This document shows positions 1 through 10,053 of a DNA stretch of 64,000 nucleotides, in pieces (position 1 is the stretch's first letter; each line of letters starts with the position of its first letter). The notes beneath the pieces were generated by a model that ran no database searches, had not been told where the DNA came from, and saw nothing but the letters and a program-made list of their open reading frames with translations. The DNA comes from Candidatus Obscuribacteraceae bacterium. Lineage in GTDB: Bacteria; Cyanobacteriota; Vampirovibrionia; Obscuribacterales; Obscuribacteraceae. The stretch covers positions 928,001 to 992,000 of the forward strand of contig JBGAHS010000001.1 in the NCBI GenBank assembly GCA_044226015.1. The letters are read 5' to 3'. Position numbers and translations under genes: made by a program.

Positions 1-1152
1 TCCAGGGGCGCCAGCTTTGAAGCGATGTGCTGGTGACACTGAGCTTGCACTACCTGTTAAGCGACTTCCCGCAGGTATGACTTCCGTTCCATTGGCATAG
101 ATAGGTTCGTTGATCGTTACACGTATCTCCTCACCAGCTTGTGTTGAATCAGAGCTTATCGAGTTTTTCAGCTCTGCGCGAAATTTTGTTCCTGCTGCCA
201 GTACGATAACTCCACCTTGCAGCTGGGTGCCACCACTTGCGGTGCCTCGCTGCCCCTGCGCTGCTGGCGGGGAACCACCGAATTGCGGACTTTGCCCGCC
301 GTAATTATTCTGTGGCGCGGTATTTGCTCCGAAGTAGTCACCTTGCTTGTTTACTTGACCCTGGTAATTGCCAGGGTATTGATTTTGTGGTTGTCCCTGG
401 AAGTTGTTTGAATTAGTTCCGTATGCACCTGAATAAGATTGAGAATTGTTTGGTGGCTGGTATGAACCATAACCTAGATTGCGACTGGCTCGCTTCAATA
501 CATCTGATTCATCACGACGAGACAAATACTCGTCTAGTTTGTACAAGAGCGCGATAGTGTCGGCCCGCGACGCGAGTTGATCTGCTCCAATTTTTTGAGT
601 GTCCGGACCAACCAGAAGAATGCCTGCCATTGATGTCTCCGCGACACCAATGCGAGCCCAAGCTGGGACTTTTGACGCGTCCTTGTATTTTTGCAACTCA
701 TCTTCTACTTGAGTTTCATCTGGGGCTGGCTTGTTTAAGGCGCGTGAAATTATGGAAACAACTTCGCCCTTTTGTATAAATTGGTTGGGTCGAAAGCCAT
801 CCGAGTATCCCGAAATATAATTATTTTGTCTGATGATTTCCACAGCTTTGTAGAACCAATCAGTTTCTTTGACATCAGGAAATGATGGCTTTGCTGGAAC
901 AGGCTGATTCTCGATACCAAGAATTTTAACCAGCCAGGCTGCAAACACCGCGCGAGTCACAGGCTCGTCAGGTTTGAACTTCCCATCATTTTCTGCAGCA
1001 ACGATTCCCTTATCAGACAGAATGTTTATATAGGTTTCAGCCCAAGAGCCATTTGTGTCCAAGAACCTTGCCGCCAGAGCTGCGGGGTGGCAAAGGACGA
1101 GCAGGCTAAGGGAGAATGCCAAGGCTGACTGTCTGTATTTTGATTTCATCAT
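1..1152 (-). CDS. S-layer homology (SLH) domain protein with Q/N/G-rich linker and TrbI/VirB10-like C-terminal region; runs off the window start
   Basis: Not in the ORF track; translated by hand. MMKSKYRQSALAFSLSLLVLCHPAALA (signal peptide), then SLH-type FLDTNGSWAETYINILSDKGIV..FKPDEPVTRA, FPDVKETDWFY and YKDASKVPAWAR, later LAAGTKFRAELKNSISS..VIPAGSRLTG. Open to position 1. Confidence 0.85.
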   Translation of the reverse strand, partial: MMKSKYRQSALAFSLSLLVLCHPAALAARFLDTNGSWAETYINILSDKGIVAAENDGKFKPDEPVTRAVFAAWLVKILGIENQPVPAKPSFPDVKETDWFYKAVEIIRQNNYISGYSDGFRPNQFIQKGEVVSIISRALNKPAPDETQVEDELQKYKDASKVPAWARIGVAETSMAGILLVGPDTQKIGADQLASRADTIALLYKLDEYLSRRDESDVLKRASRNLGYGSYQPPNNSQSYSGAYGTNSNNFQGQPQNQYPGNYQGQVNKQGDYFGANTAPQNNYGGQSPQFGGSPPAAQGQRGTASGGTQLQGGVIVLAAGTKFRAELKNSISSDSTQAGEEIRVTINEPIYANGTEVIPAGSRLTGSASSVSPAHRFKAGAPG

Positions 1153-1244
1153 ATCGTTTGGGAAGCATAACCACCCGATTTATACCCAAATTGGACACCT
1201 TGAAGCGGCGTAGATTGTAGATTACAATCGAGCGGAGGTGATTA

Positions 1245-3371
1245 ATGAGCGGTTTTCCCCAGCCCGGAGAATACTTCAATAAGCGCTACTTTCTTGAGTC
1301 GGTGCTTGGTACTGGTGGTATTGGCACAGTATTTAAGGCTGTACAACTGGACTGTAATCGAAAGCTTGCAATTAAGATTCTTCATCCTGAAGTTATGGGC
1401 GATGAAGAGTTCAAGAAACGATTTCTTCGTGAAGCTAAGGTTTTGGGCAAGCTCCATCATGAAAATATTGTTTCTGTCTATCACATAGCGGTTTCAGGTA
1501 GAGGACTTCCATACATAGCGATGGAACTCTTGCGAGGCGAAAGCTTACGTGCAGTCATTAACAAGAGCGACAGATTTCTACCATTGCGTGCACTGAGCAT
1601 AATCACTCAATGCGCTTCTGCTCTGGCTTTTGTGCATCTAAATGAAGTTGTGCATCGAGATTTAAAACCAGAGAACATTCTTCTTGTGAATGAGCCCCGG
1701 CCTGATACGGTCAAGATCATTGATTTTGGTCTTGCTCGAGCAAAGGATACGAAAGAACAAAAGCTCACTAAAACAGGTGTGCTAATCGGATCCGTTTTGT
1801 ATATGAGTCCCGAGCAGTCGATGGGGGTTGCTGTAACTCCTCAATCAGACATCTATGCCCTTGGTGTGATTCTGTTCGAATTGCTTACTGGGCATCGGCC
1901 CTTTGATGCCGATAATCCGATTGGACTGATGTACATGCAAAGCCACTCGGATGTTCCGCTTTTGAAAGCGGATGATATGGTTGATTTCGACCCTCGGATC
2001 AATGTCATTTTGCAGCGTGCGCTGGCTCGTGACCTTGAGAAGCGATATCAATCCATGTCTGAATTTGAATCAGCTCTGCACGAGCTTATATCGACGTGGG
2101 GTAAAGCTGATGCAATGAAACTTGGTATGGCAGTGAGCACCTCATTCAAACCAAAGAAAAAAGTTCGCGGATTAATAGTTGTTTCTACTCTTTTAGGTTT
2201 GTATGCGGTGTATCTGTGTTCTTATTTTTTCAATAAAGGATCTCGCGATGCTAACACAAGCATTCAAGCTGATGTCGGTAGTTCAGATGAGCAGGTTGAA
2301 CAGGGGCATTCTCCCAAGACATTTGAGTTGAAAATTCTTGAATTGGAGAGGCAGGGTCACCACGCAAAAGCTCAAAAACTTCTTGAGGAAGTATCACGCA
2401 GGCGTAAGTCCAGTGATTTTCTAAATTTACACAGCATTTATTGTGCTCCTCATTTGCAAAAGGCTAGAGCACTTGCTCGAAGCTTTGCAAATGAGCCTAA
2501 CTGCAAGCTGCTTTCAGAGCAAACCGAACTTTATTCAAAGCTGTCTTTTTTTCTGGGCGATTTCCAAGTTCCCATTGATATTGGTTATCGCATAAGTCCT
2601 GAAGCTATAAATAGAGGTGTCGGCATCGCGAATCGTCTGGTGCTCTTGCAGTTGCTTTCAGCATTCTATTCGAAATCGATCGTAGGTCAGGACATTTTAA
2701 GAGAAAGAGAAATCGATTATAGAAGTGATGAGTTGCTAACTCATTTGGATGTGTTTGCAAGTCTAAATCGATACAGCAAAATTGACGAGCTGTTTCGAAG
2801 TCTCCCCCAGGCAGAAGAAGAGGAGGCTATGGTAACAAGAGATGCTTTATATATCGCTTTTGTTTGTCGGATTCACGACGAGCCTTTACTTCGAAAAGCT
2901 GCGCTCGATTTTGTGAAGAAACGAAGATGCCGAAGAAAATATGAGGACGTTTGCGGAGATTTAGGAATCGATCTGGAAAATTTAGAGCAAAGCCCAGAAG
3001 CTGAGAGCGATCTGTTAGCTCACCGCGCGAAACTTAGAAAGTTATTCGTGAGATGGAAAAGCCTTGCCACCGCAGCAAACTCTCGTGAGCTGGCTTGCAG
3101 TGCAATACCTCCAGCGATCATCGTGCAGGCACTTCTAAATGCGGAAATGTATGATGAAATCAATGAAGTGTTAGATGTATCCGGCATCAAGAAACTAGTT
3201 TCTTATCGCTGCACTTTGAACGAAGCTTTGATGTGTATTCGTGTTGCAAGCATTTTGAATTCGAAGAATGAAATTCCAGCTGTGCAGAGACTGCTACAGA
3301 GCATCAGTTCTGATTACAATTTGGATAAATACCGGAATACTAGCTCTGCAGGAAACCTTCCAAAATCTTAG
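1245..3371 (+). CDS. Hanks-type Ser/Thr protein kinase with TM segment and helical C-terminal region
   Basis: GTGGIGTV, AIKIL, HRDLKPEN, DFG and YMSPEQ motifs; hydrophobic stretch near aa 310-328. Confidence 0.93.
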   Translation: MSGFPQPGEYFNKRYFLESVLGTGGIGTVFKAVQLDCNRKLAIKILHPEVMGDEEFKKRFLREAKVLGKLHHENIVSVYHIAVSGRGLPYIAMELLRGESLRAVINKSDRFLPLRALSIITQCASALAFVHLNEVVHRDLKPENILLVNEPRPDTVKIIDFGLARAKDTKEQKLTKTGVLIGSVLYMSPEQSMGVAVTPQSDIYALGVILFELLTGHRPFDADNPIGLMYMQSHSDVPLLKADDMVDFDPRINVILQRALARDLEKRYQSMSEFESALHELISTWGKADAMKLGMAVSTSFKPKKKVRGLIVVSTLLGLYAVYLCSYFFNKGSRDANTSIQADVGSSDEQVEQGHSPKTFELKILELERQGHHAKAQKLLEEVSRRRKSSDFLNLHSIYCAPHLQKARALARSFANEPNCKLLSEQTELYSKLSFFLGDFQVPIDIGYRISPEAINRGVGIANRLVLLQLLSAFYSKSIVGQDILREREIDYRSDELLTHLDVFASLNRYSKIDELFRSLPQAEEEEAMVTRDALYIAFVCRIHDEPLLRKAALDFVKKRRCRRKYEDVCGDLGIDLENLEQSPEAESDLLAHRAKLRKLFVRWKSLATAANSRELACSAIPPAIIVQALLNAEMYDEINEVLDVSGIKKLVSYRCTLNEALMCIRVASILNSKNEIPAVQRLLQSISSDYNLDKYRNTSSAGNLPKS

Positions 3372-3391
3372 GGACTTCATGGTCAACAAAA

Positions 3392-3415
3392 AAGCAGACG
3401 CAAAAGCGCCTGCTT
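3392..3415. terminator. Probable intrinsic terminator between convergent genes
   Basis: aagcagacgc-aaaa-gcgcctgctt hairpin preceded by an A-run. Confidence 0.55.
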
Positions 3416-3436
3416 CTCAATTTGCTTGTTTGGCTA

Positions 3437-3805
3437 TTAGCCCAGTTTTGGCTTGAGGTTGACGATTTGCTCTTCGACTGCGCGAATGAGTCCTTCGAGA
3501 TTGATTCTCTGACCCTTAGCAGTGAGTACGATGAGGTAATGACCATCAACCTGGCAGAAATGAAGTATTCCCTGGTCTGTCAGCAGCGTCATCTGACTCA
3601 GCGCGCCGCGGTTCATTCTTTGGAGTGACACATCGTTGTTTGAGAACAACGTTGCACTCAGAGCACCCAGCGTTGCAGTGTCGATATCAGCCGGCAAACT
3701 GCTCGATATGATGGAACCGTCACCGCCCGCTAGTAGGCAGCCTAATATTCCGTTTTTTCCATTCAACGAAGATAGTAGCGTTTGAATTTCGCCGTTATCC
3801 GCCAT
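3437..3805 (-). CDS. Roadblock/LC7 (MglB-like) domain protein
   Basis: GILGCLLAGGDGSII..ATLGALSATLF..LSQMTLLTDQGILHF pattern; AAGGAG RBS before ATG 3805. Confidence 0.85.
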   Translation of the reverse strand: MADNGEIQTLLSSLNGKNGILGCLLAGGDGSIISSSLPADIDTATLGALSATLFSNNDVSLQRMNRGALSQMTLLTDQGILHFCQVDGHYLIVLTAKGQRINLEGLIRAVEEQIVNLKPKLG

Positions 3806-3897
3806 TGCCGTCTCCTTAACAACCTGCATAAATTACCTTTAGCATTATCCACTGAAGAGGCGCTAATGTCATTCTACATGGCAAGTCGATTTAGCAA

Positions 3898-4677
3898 TTA
3901 CTTCGCAGGTTTTGAGTCACTATCCTTGCCAGCACTGCCTTTATCGTTTTTTGACTCAGATGCTTTTGTATCATCTTTCTTATTCTTAGAAGCGTCAGCC
4001 TTCTTGTCATCTGGTGCGCCACCAATCTTTTTCAGACGAAGAATTTCAACCCATGGATCTTCAAGAGCTGCGCTGAAAACTTTCCCGGTAATCTCAAGCA
4101 CATCGCCTTCTTTGAGCGCTGCCAGTAGTTGGGTTTCCGGTCCTTTTTCATCTTTTGGTGTCATCATTGCAAGTTTCAGTTCCGACAATGGAATCTTTTT
4201 CTTGGGTTGAGATACCAACAATGAAATGTGTGTTTTGGATGATCTAAACGCTGGCTTGTAGTCAAGCGCCAGGTTGCTGAATGCTACGAAGGGCGCCTGG
4301 AACTTGACGTTCTTGCCCAAATATTCATGTGGCTTATCGACCAGGTCTTGAGCTTGAACGTTGACAACGTTCTCTATTGGAACTTCTGGCTTTGCTGCTT
4401 CTTTAGTGTCTTTTTTCTCTGCATCTTTTTTATCAGAAGCTTTCTCGTCCTTACTATCTTTCTTATCGTCTTTGGCGTCTTTTTTGTCGCTGTCTTTCTT
4501 ATCGTCAGATTTGTTGTCTGCTCCGGATTTCTCGGTCTTGGTCTTGGCTGGCGCTTTGGCCGGCGCTGCCATGGCTGCTCCAGCTCCATTAATCATCAGG
4601 CTCATTGCAAGCGTGTAGCTCAAGCCCTTCAGGCTGAAAAGTCTAGAAACGGATTTGAAAATAATTTCTCTGTTCAT
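3898..4677 (-). CDS. Secreted hypothetical protein with K/D-rich low-complexity arms and a possible OB-fold core
   Basis: 259-aa ORF; signal-like N-terminus; PHEYLGKNVKF..LKEGDVLEITGKV. Confidence 0.65.
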   Translation of the reverse strand: MNREIIFKSVSRLFSLKGLSYTLAMSLMINGAGAAMAAPAKAPAKTKTEKSGADNKSDDKKDSDKKDAKDDKKDSKDEKASDKKDAEKKDTKEAAKPEVPIENVVNVQAQDLVDKPHEYLGKNVKFQAPFVAFSNLALDYKPAFRSSKTHISLLVSQPKKKIPLSELKLAMMTPKDEKGPETQLLAALKEGDVLEITGKVFSAALEDPWVEILRLKKIGGAPDDKKADASKNKKDDTKASESKNDKGSAGKDSDSKPAK

Positions 4678-4871
4678 CAGATATTGACTCGATATTTGTT
4701 GGAGTAGTCCAGCCCATCATATTACCAGATGCTCATCATGCATGCTTCTTCTCAGGCGATATCATTGATGCATTGAAACAAGTTCTGCGCACAGTATATG
4801 CATTGTCTATGTACTGGTCGCAGGCATCGCGCTTTAGCAATTCATCAGCTATTGACCCAGAGGTGAAGAGA

Positions 4872-7520
4872 ATGAAAGGAGCCCAGACCGAAGCTCTTAA
4901 GGGAGCCAAAACCGAAGCTCAAGAAGCTGAAAGCAGCCAGAAGACTGGCGAGCTCTCGGCTATGATGCAACAGTTCTGGGAAATCAAGGCTCAGAATCCT
5001 GATGCGCTGTTGTTTTTCCGAGTGGGCGATTTTTATGAATTGTTCGATGAAGACGCACATGTTGGAGCGCGTGAACTCGACATCACATTAACCAGCCGAC
5101 CCGAAGCAACATATCCCAATGGACGATGTCCAATGGCGGGTGTTCCGGTCAAATCATACGAAGCTTACATTTCTAAATTGATTGGTAAAGGCTACTCAGT
5201 AGCCGTTGCTGAGCAAGTCGGAGTCGTGGGACAGAGCAAGGGTCCTGTTGCCAGGCAGGTCGTGCGAATTCTCACCCCAGGAACTGTGCTTGAGTCGAAC
5301 CTGCTTCCAGCGCGTGAGAATAATTACCTTGTCGCCATCATGAAAGGTGGCAATGTTGAAGTCAATGGTAAGAAAGAGAGTCTCTGGGGACTGGCAGCTT
5401 GTGACGCAAGTTGTGGCGAATTTATCGTAACTCAGCTTAGCGAAGAACGGCTGATTCTTGAGCTTGCAAGACTGTCGCCGCGAGAAGTTCTTGTTGTTAA
5501 GAAAACCGTTCGCTCTGCGACTATTGGAATTCCAGTCGACGAACTTGAAGCACCGCCTGTAGTGTCTGAGCGTTATCGTTGTGTTGGTCGTCCCGGGATG
5601 TTTTTTCAACTAGAACCCTCGAAGCGACGCATTCTAACCCTCTTCAATGTGAGCACTCTCGAAGGGTTTGGCTGTCATGAAATGCCACTTTCCATAGGTG
5701 CTGCTGGGGCCGTTTTGGAATATCTTGAGAAAACTCAATCTGCATTAATGCCGAAGTTTTCGGGAATCAGCACCTACTGTGCTGACGAGCATCTGGTGAT
5801 TGATGAAAATTCACGGCGCAATCTTGAGCTTACTGAAACGTCCAGAGACCGCAGTTTCCAGGGCAGTTTGCTCTGGTGTCTTGATAATTGCAAGACAGCC
5901 ATGGGCTCAAGAATGCTTCGTAATTGGCTTCTAAAGCCATTGTTGTCGGTAGAAGCCATTAATGATCGCCTGGATGCCGTTGAAGAACTTACTCAAGATA
6001 GTGGGCGCCGCCGACGCATCGAACAGGTGCTTGCTGATCTAGCTGATCTTGAACGTTTGGGTGTACGCCTGTCCTCCGCGACAATTTCCCCGAAAGATCT
6101 CTGGGCAATTGCTAACTCTCTGTCCCTGCTGCCTTCTATAGGGCAGGAACTCTCCCAGACAAAGTCAAAAGAGTTCCTGCAGTTGCGCACCATACCTGGT
6201 GACTTGATTGATCTCGCTCGACAAATTGCAGATGCTCTTTCTGACGACCCACCTAGAGAACTTACTGTTGGTGGTATCTTCCGCACTGGTTATTCAGCTG
6301 AGTTAGATGAAGTCAAGTCGCTCTTGGGTGGTGGAAAACAATGGATTGAGGACTTCCAGAAGCAAGAAGTTGAGAGAACTCAAATCAAGTCTCTCAAGGT
6401 TTCGTTCAATTCAAATTTTGGTTATTTTATTGAAGTAACGCATGCCAATAAAGACCTCGTTCCTGGAGACTACATTCGCAAGCAAACCCTCACAAATGCA
6501 GAGCGCTATATCACTCCAGAGCTGAAAGAATACGAGTCGAAGATTCTGAATGCTGAGAAAAATCAAACTGATTTAGAGTACAGATTGTTCGTTGATTTGC
6601 GTGCAAGGCTTGCTCCTTACGGTGCTGCAGTGAGAAAAATTGCGCAGTATGTAGCCGCTCTGGATGCTCTTACGAGTCTTTCTTCTGTCGCTGCGCAAAA
6701 CAAATATGTGCGCCCTCAAGTTGATGATTCTCTTTCTCTAGATATAAAAGATGGCCGCCATCCAGTTCTTGAAAAGATTTTGCCGATGGGTGTCTATGTT
6801 GCAAACGACACCAAGCTGAATGGCAACTCGGAAGATCAACAGATGATAATCCTTACCGGACCTAACATGGCTGGTAAGTCGAGCTTGCTTCGCCAGGTTG
6901 CACAGATCGTCATAATGGCTCAGATGGGATCTTTCGTTCCTGCAACTAGTGCCCGCGTCGGCCTTGTTGACCGCATATTTACAAGAATAGGTGCCGTCGA
7001 TGATTTGAGCCAGGGGCAATCGACCTTCCTTGTTGAAATGAGTGAAACGACGCAGTGCTGTCTGTGCGCGACGCCTCGTTCGCTAATTTTGCTAGATGAA
7101 GTTGGGCGAGGCACAAGCACCTATGATGGTGTCGCTATTGCGTGGTCAGTTTCTGAATTTCTTGCCAACGTCGTAAGAGCCCGCACAATTTTTGCGACAC
7201 ACTATCACGAGTTGAATGCGCTTGCTAACTATATCAGCCGCGTTGTCAATTATCAGGTTCAGGTTGCTGAGCTTGCTGGTCGTATCGAATTCCTGCATAA
7301 GGTTGTTCCTGGTGGAGCAAGCCGCTCGTTTGGAATTCATGTTGCTAGCATGGCTGGGCTACCGCCTCAGGTAATCGACAGAGCTCACTATTTGATGGGT
7401 CAGATGGAGAAGAGAAGTGGCGCCAGTAAGATTCTCGACGGTCCGAAATTGAGAAGCATCGCCATTGATGAAGTAATGCAGTTGTCTGTTTTCGCTAATC
7501 CGGAAACTGTCAAGGAGTAA
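4872..7520 (+). CDS. mutS: DNA mismatch repair protein MutS
   Basis: FFRVGDFYELF, TGPNMAGKS Walker A, STFLVEM, LLDEVGRGTST, FATHYHEL; start at ATG 4872 chosen from the upstream GAGGTG/purine-rich tract. Confidence 0.97.
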   Translation: MKGAQTEALKGAKTEAQEAESSQKTGELSAMMQQFWEIKAQNPDALLFFRVGDFYELFDEDAHVGARELDITLTSRPEATYPNGRCPMAGVPVKSYEAYISKLIGKGYSVAVAEQVGVVGQSKGPVARQVVRILTPGTVLESNLLPARENNYLVAIMKGGNVEVNGKKESLWGLAACDASCGEFIVTQLSEERLILELARLSPREVLVVKKTVRSATIGIPVDELEAPPVVSERYRCVGRPGMFFQLEPSKRRILTLFNVSTLEGFGCHEMPLSIGAAGAVLEYLEKTQSALMPKFSGISTYCADEHLVIDENSRRNLELTETSRDRSFQGSLLWCLDNCKTAMGSRMLRNWLLKPLLSVEAINDRLDAVEELTQDSGRRRRIEQVLADLADLERLGVRLSSATISPKDLWAIANSLSLLPSIGQELSQTKSKEFLQLRTIPGDLIDLARQIADALSDDPPRELTVGGIFRTGYSAELDEVKSLLGGGKQWIEDFQKQEVERTQIKSLKVSFNSNFGYFIEVTHANKDLVPGDYIRKQTLTNAERYITPELKEYESKILNAEKNQTDLEYRLFVDLRARLAPYGAAVRKIAQYVAALDALTSLSSVAAQNKYVRPQVDDSLSLDIKDGRHPVLEKILPMGVYVANDTKLNGNSEDQQMIILTGPNMAGKSSLLRQVAQIVIMAQMGSFVPATSARVGLVDRIFTRIGAVDDLSQGQSTFLVEMSETTQCCLCATPRSLILLDEVGRGTSTYDGVAIAWSVSEFLANVVRARTIFATHYHELNALANYISRVVNYQVQVAELAGRIEFLHKVVPGGASRSFGIHVASMAGLPPQVIDRAHYLMGQMEKRSGASKILDGPKLRSIAIDEVMQLSVFANPETVKE

Positions 7521-7558
7521 CGTTTAGATCGCCATCCAATCCGATTATTGCTACTATA

Positions 7559-9967
7559 GTGGCGATAAAACTTGAGGTTTTGGCTGTGAATCATGTTCTT
7601 CTTACCGCTCTAAGCTCTATATTGCTTGCATCAACGCTCAATATGTCTCTTGCTTACACTGACTCGGCGGCGGTTTCCGCATCTTCTAAAAAGTCTGCAG
7701 ATAGTAAGAAAGCTTCGTCCAGTAAAAAGTCTGGCTTTAAAAAGGCTGCTGCTGATAACGATGGAATAGCGCCATCGGTTCGCGCTTTCATCAACAAAGG
7801 GCAATGGCCAGATGCCATAGCAAAACTTGAAGAACTAACCGCCTCTGACACGACGGCGGGACGCAATGAGGCCTGGTTGGCTTTCTGTTATCTCTACACA
7901 GGCGCTAAAGACAAGATTGGCGACTTGAACAAAAAAGTAAAAGCGATGAGCGTTGACGATAAGGACAAAAACGCTCCGCTCATTGTGGAAGGACTTACTC
8001 TCACCACACAAGGCAAGCTTGATGATGCGGAAAAACTCTTGAATAGCATTGCAGTGAATGACGATGCTTTGTTAGAGTTCAGCAGAGCATGCGTTGCGCT
8101 GAAAAAGGGAAATGCTGCTTCCGCTGCTGAGTATTGCGAGAGAGTTGTAGGGCTATGTCCGAACTTTGCCTGGGGCTATAGAACATTAGGATTCATCCAG
8201 GAAAAGTCGCTGAAGAATCCACAGCTTGCCGAACGTGCTTATGTGAAATCGCTTTCTATTGAACCTGATTCGACTCAGGTCAGAAACCTTCTAATTGACA
8301 TACGTCTTGCAAAAAATGATTTTGACGGAGCAATAGATGTCGCTCGTACAGCCATTCAAGACTTCCCTCATGATGCGGCAAATTACTATCGCCTTGCTCA
8401 AATTTACCAACAGCAGTGGCGTTTAATTGAGGCGCTTGAGCAATTGAACAAATCTGTTTCAATTGACGCTAACGAACCGCGTTATTACAGAGCTATGGCA
8501 ACCATCTATAGATATCAGGGTAAACTTCAAGAAGCTATTAATGAGCAACAGCACGCTGTTGAGCTTAGCAAGAAGGACCAAGATTTTGAACTTGTAGAAC
8601 TTGCAAATTTGCAAGAATTGAATCAGAACACTAGCAAAGCAGTTGAATCGCTTCAGCAAGCATTGAAAATTGCGCCATCGAACGCAGTGGCAGATCAAAA
8701 ACTCGTCGCCTTACTCAAGAAAGAGGGAAGAAACGATGAGTTAATTGCTGAGTATAAGAGAGTTATAGAGCTGCAGCCCAAGGTCTCTTCTCTCAGGTTG
8801 AATTTGGCCGATGCTTACCGCCATGCGGGAAAAACAGATGAAGCAATTGAGCAATTGAAGGAAGCTGCAAATTTAGATCAGAAAGATCCTCGTCCGCACA
8901 GAGCCATTGCAAAAATAGAATTAGAAAAGAAGAACTATGGCGCGGCGGCGAAGTCCTACATACGTGCGTTGAACATCAACCCTGCTTCCGTGGAAGATCT
9001 GGTGGCGCTCGGATTTTGTTATGCCAATAACTACGATTATGTTCAAGCAGAAACCGCTTTTACGACCGGTATTGCTCTGCAACAACTTGGACAGAGCACG
9101 GGCAACGCAAGCCAGGTAAATCCGAATGACATTATGCGTTCGCTCGCTTCTGTATTTTTCTCGGAGGGACGTTATAGAGAATCAGTAGTCACGCTCGAGG
9201 GAGTTGTGCTCAGCGAGAAAGAGGGCAAGCAGAAGAAGCTTGACCAGTTCTTGTTGAGTGAAGGAAAAGCTCTGAGAGATCGAAATGCAGATTCATTCAA
9301 AGAGTTGCAAAAAAGCTTTGACGATATGGACCATGAAGATCAACTGTCGAGTCTCGATGATTATGTGCTGACTCTGCAGAAGTTGAACAAGAAAGAATTT
9401 GCAATCGAAGTGGTTAAGAAGTTCCCCGAAGGAGAACTTAAGGAAAAGGCGCCACTGGTGCTTGCTACTATGTGGATGGCTGATAATCGCACCAGAGAAT
9501 CTAAAGACCTTATCAATGCTGTCATCGAGAAGAGCAAGGCTGACGCTGCTGATGAATCAACTGCTTACCTTGCTCTTGCTAAAGCAATGCAAAAAGACAA
9601 TGATAGAAAGTCTGCAGGTGACGCGCTGCAAAAAGCTGTTGAACTAAATCCAAAAGACTTCCAGGCTCTAGTAGATCTTGGACGTTTCCAACTTTCTGAG
9701 AAAAAATACTCCGAGGCTCAGCAGGCTGCGCAAAAGGCTCTCGAAGTCAATCCTTATTGTGTGCCTGCATTCATTTTGCTGGCTGAGAATTACGCGGCGC
9801 AAGATAAGTTGAAAGACGCAGAGTCGAATTTCTTGAAAGCAACAGAGTTATATCCAACATCAATCGATGCACATAAGGGTTTGCTCGGTGTTTTCCAGAA
9901 GGAATCAAAGACTGCAGAAGCTCAGCGAGAGCAAGAAATCATCAATAATTTGAGCAAAAACGGTTAA
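7559..9967 (+). CDS. Secreted multi-TPR protein
   Basis: Signal-like N-terminus; many A..L.P TPR turns (ALKIAP, AANLDQKD, AVELNP, ALEVNP). Confidence 0.9.
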   Translation: MAIKLEVLAVNHVLLTALSSILLASTLNMSLAYTDSAAVSASSKKSADSKKASSSKKSGFKKAAADNDGIAPSVRAFINKGQWPDAIAKLEELTASDTTAGRNEAWLAFCYLYTGAKDKIGDLNKKVKAMSVDDKDKNAPLIVEGLTLTTQGKLDDAEKLLNSIAVNDDALLEFSRACVALKKGNAASAAEYCERVVGLCPNFAWGYRTLGFIQEKSLKNPQLAERAYVKSLSIEPDSTQVRNLLIDIRLAKNDFDGAIDVARTAIQDFPHDAANYYRLAQIYQQQWRLIEALEQLNKSVSIDANEPRYYRAMATIYRYQGKLQEAINEQQHAVELSKKDQDFELVELANLQELNQNTSKAVESLQQALKIAPSNAVADQKLVALLKKEGRNDELIAEYKRVIELQPKVSSLRLNLADAYRHAGKTDEAIEQLKEAANLDQKDPRPHRAIAKIELEKKNYGAAAKSYIRALNINPASVEDLVALGFCYANNYDYVQAETAFTTGIALQQLGQSTGNASQVNPNDIMRSLASVFFSEGRYRESVVTLEGVVLSEKEGKQKKLDQFLLSEGKALRDRNADSFKELQKSFDDMDHEDQLSSLDDYVLTLQKLNKKEFAIEVVKKFPEGELKEKAPLVLATMWMADNRTRESKDLINAVIEKSKADAADESTAYLALAKAMQKDNDRKSAGDALQKAVELNPKDFQALVDLGRFQLSEKKYSEAQQAAQKALEVNPYCVPAFILLAENYAAQDKLKDAESNFLKATELYPTSIDAHKGLLGVFQKESKTAEAQREQEIINNLSKNG

Positions 9968-10053
9968 GTACCGAATCGAAACAGAGATCAGTTTCTAAAG
10001 TGTCTGTCGCTTAATTTGGTTTGCCTCATGTAATCGTGAGGTATGATCGAAGG

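Noticed and set aside
4875..4930. Short direct repeat at the mutS 5' end (KGAQTEA/KGAKTEA)
   Set aside because: Small in-frame duplication in a disordered N-terminus; no evidence of function
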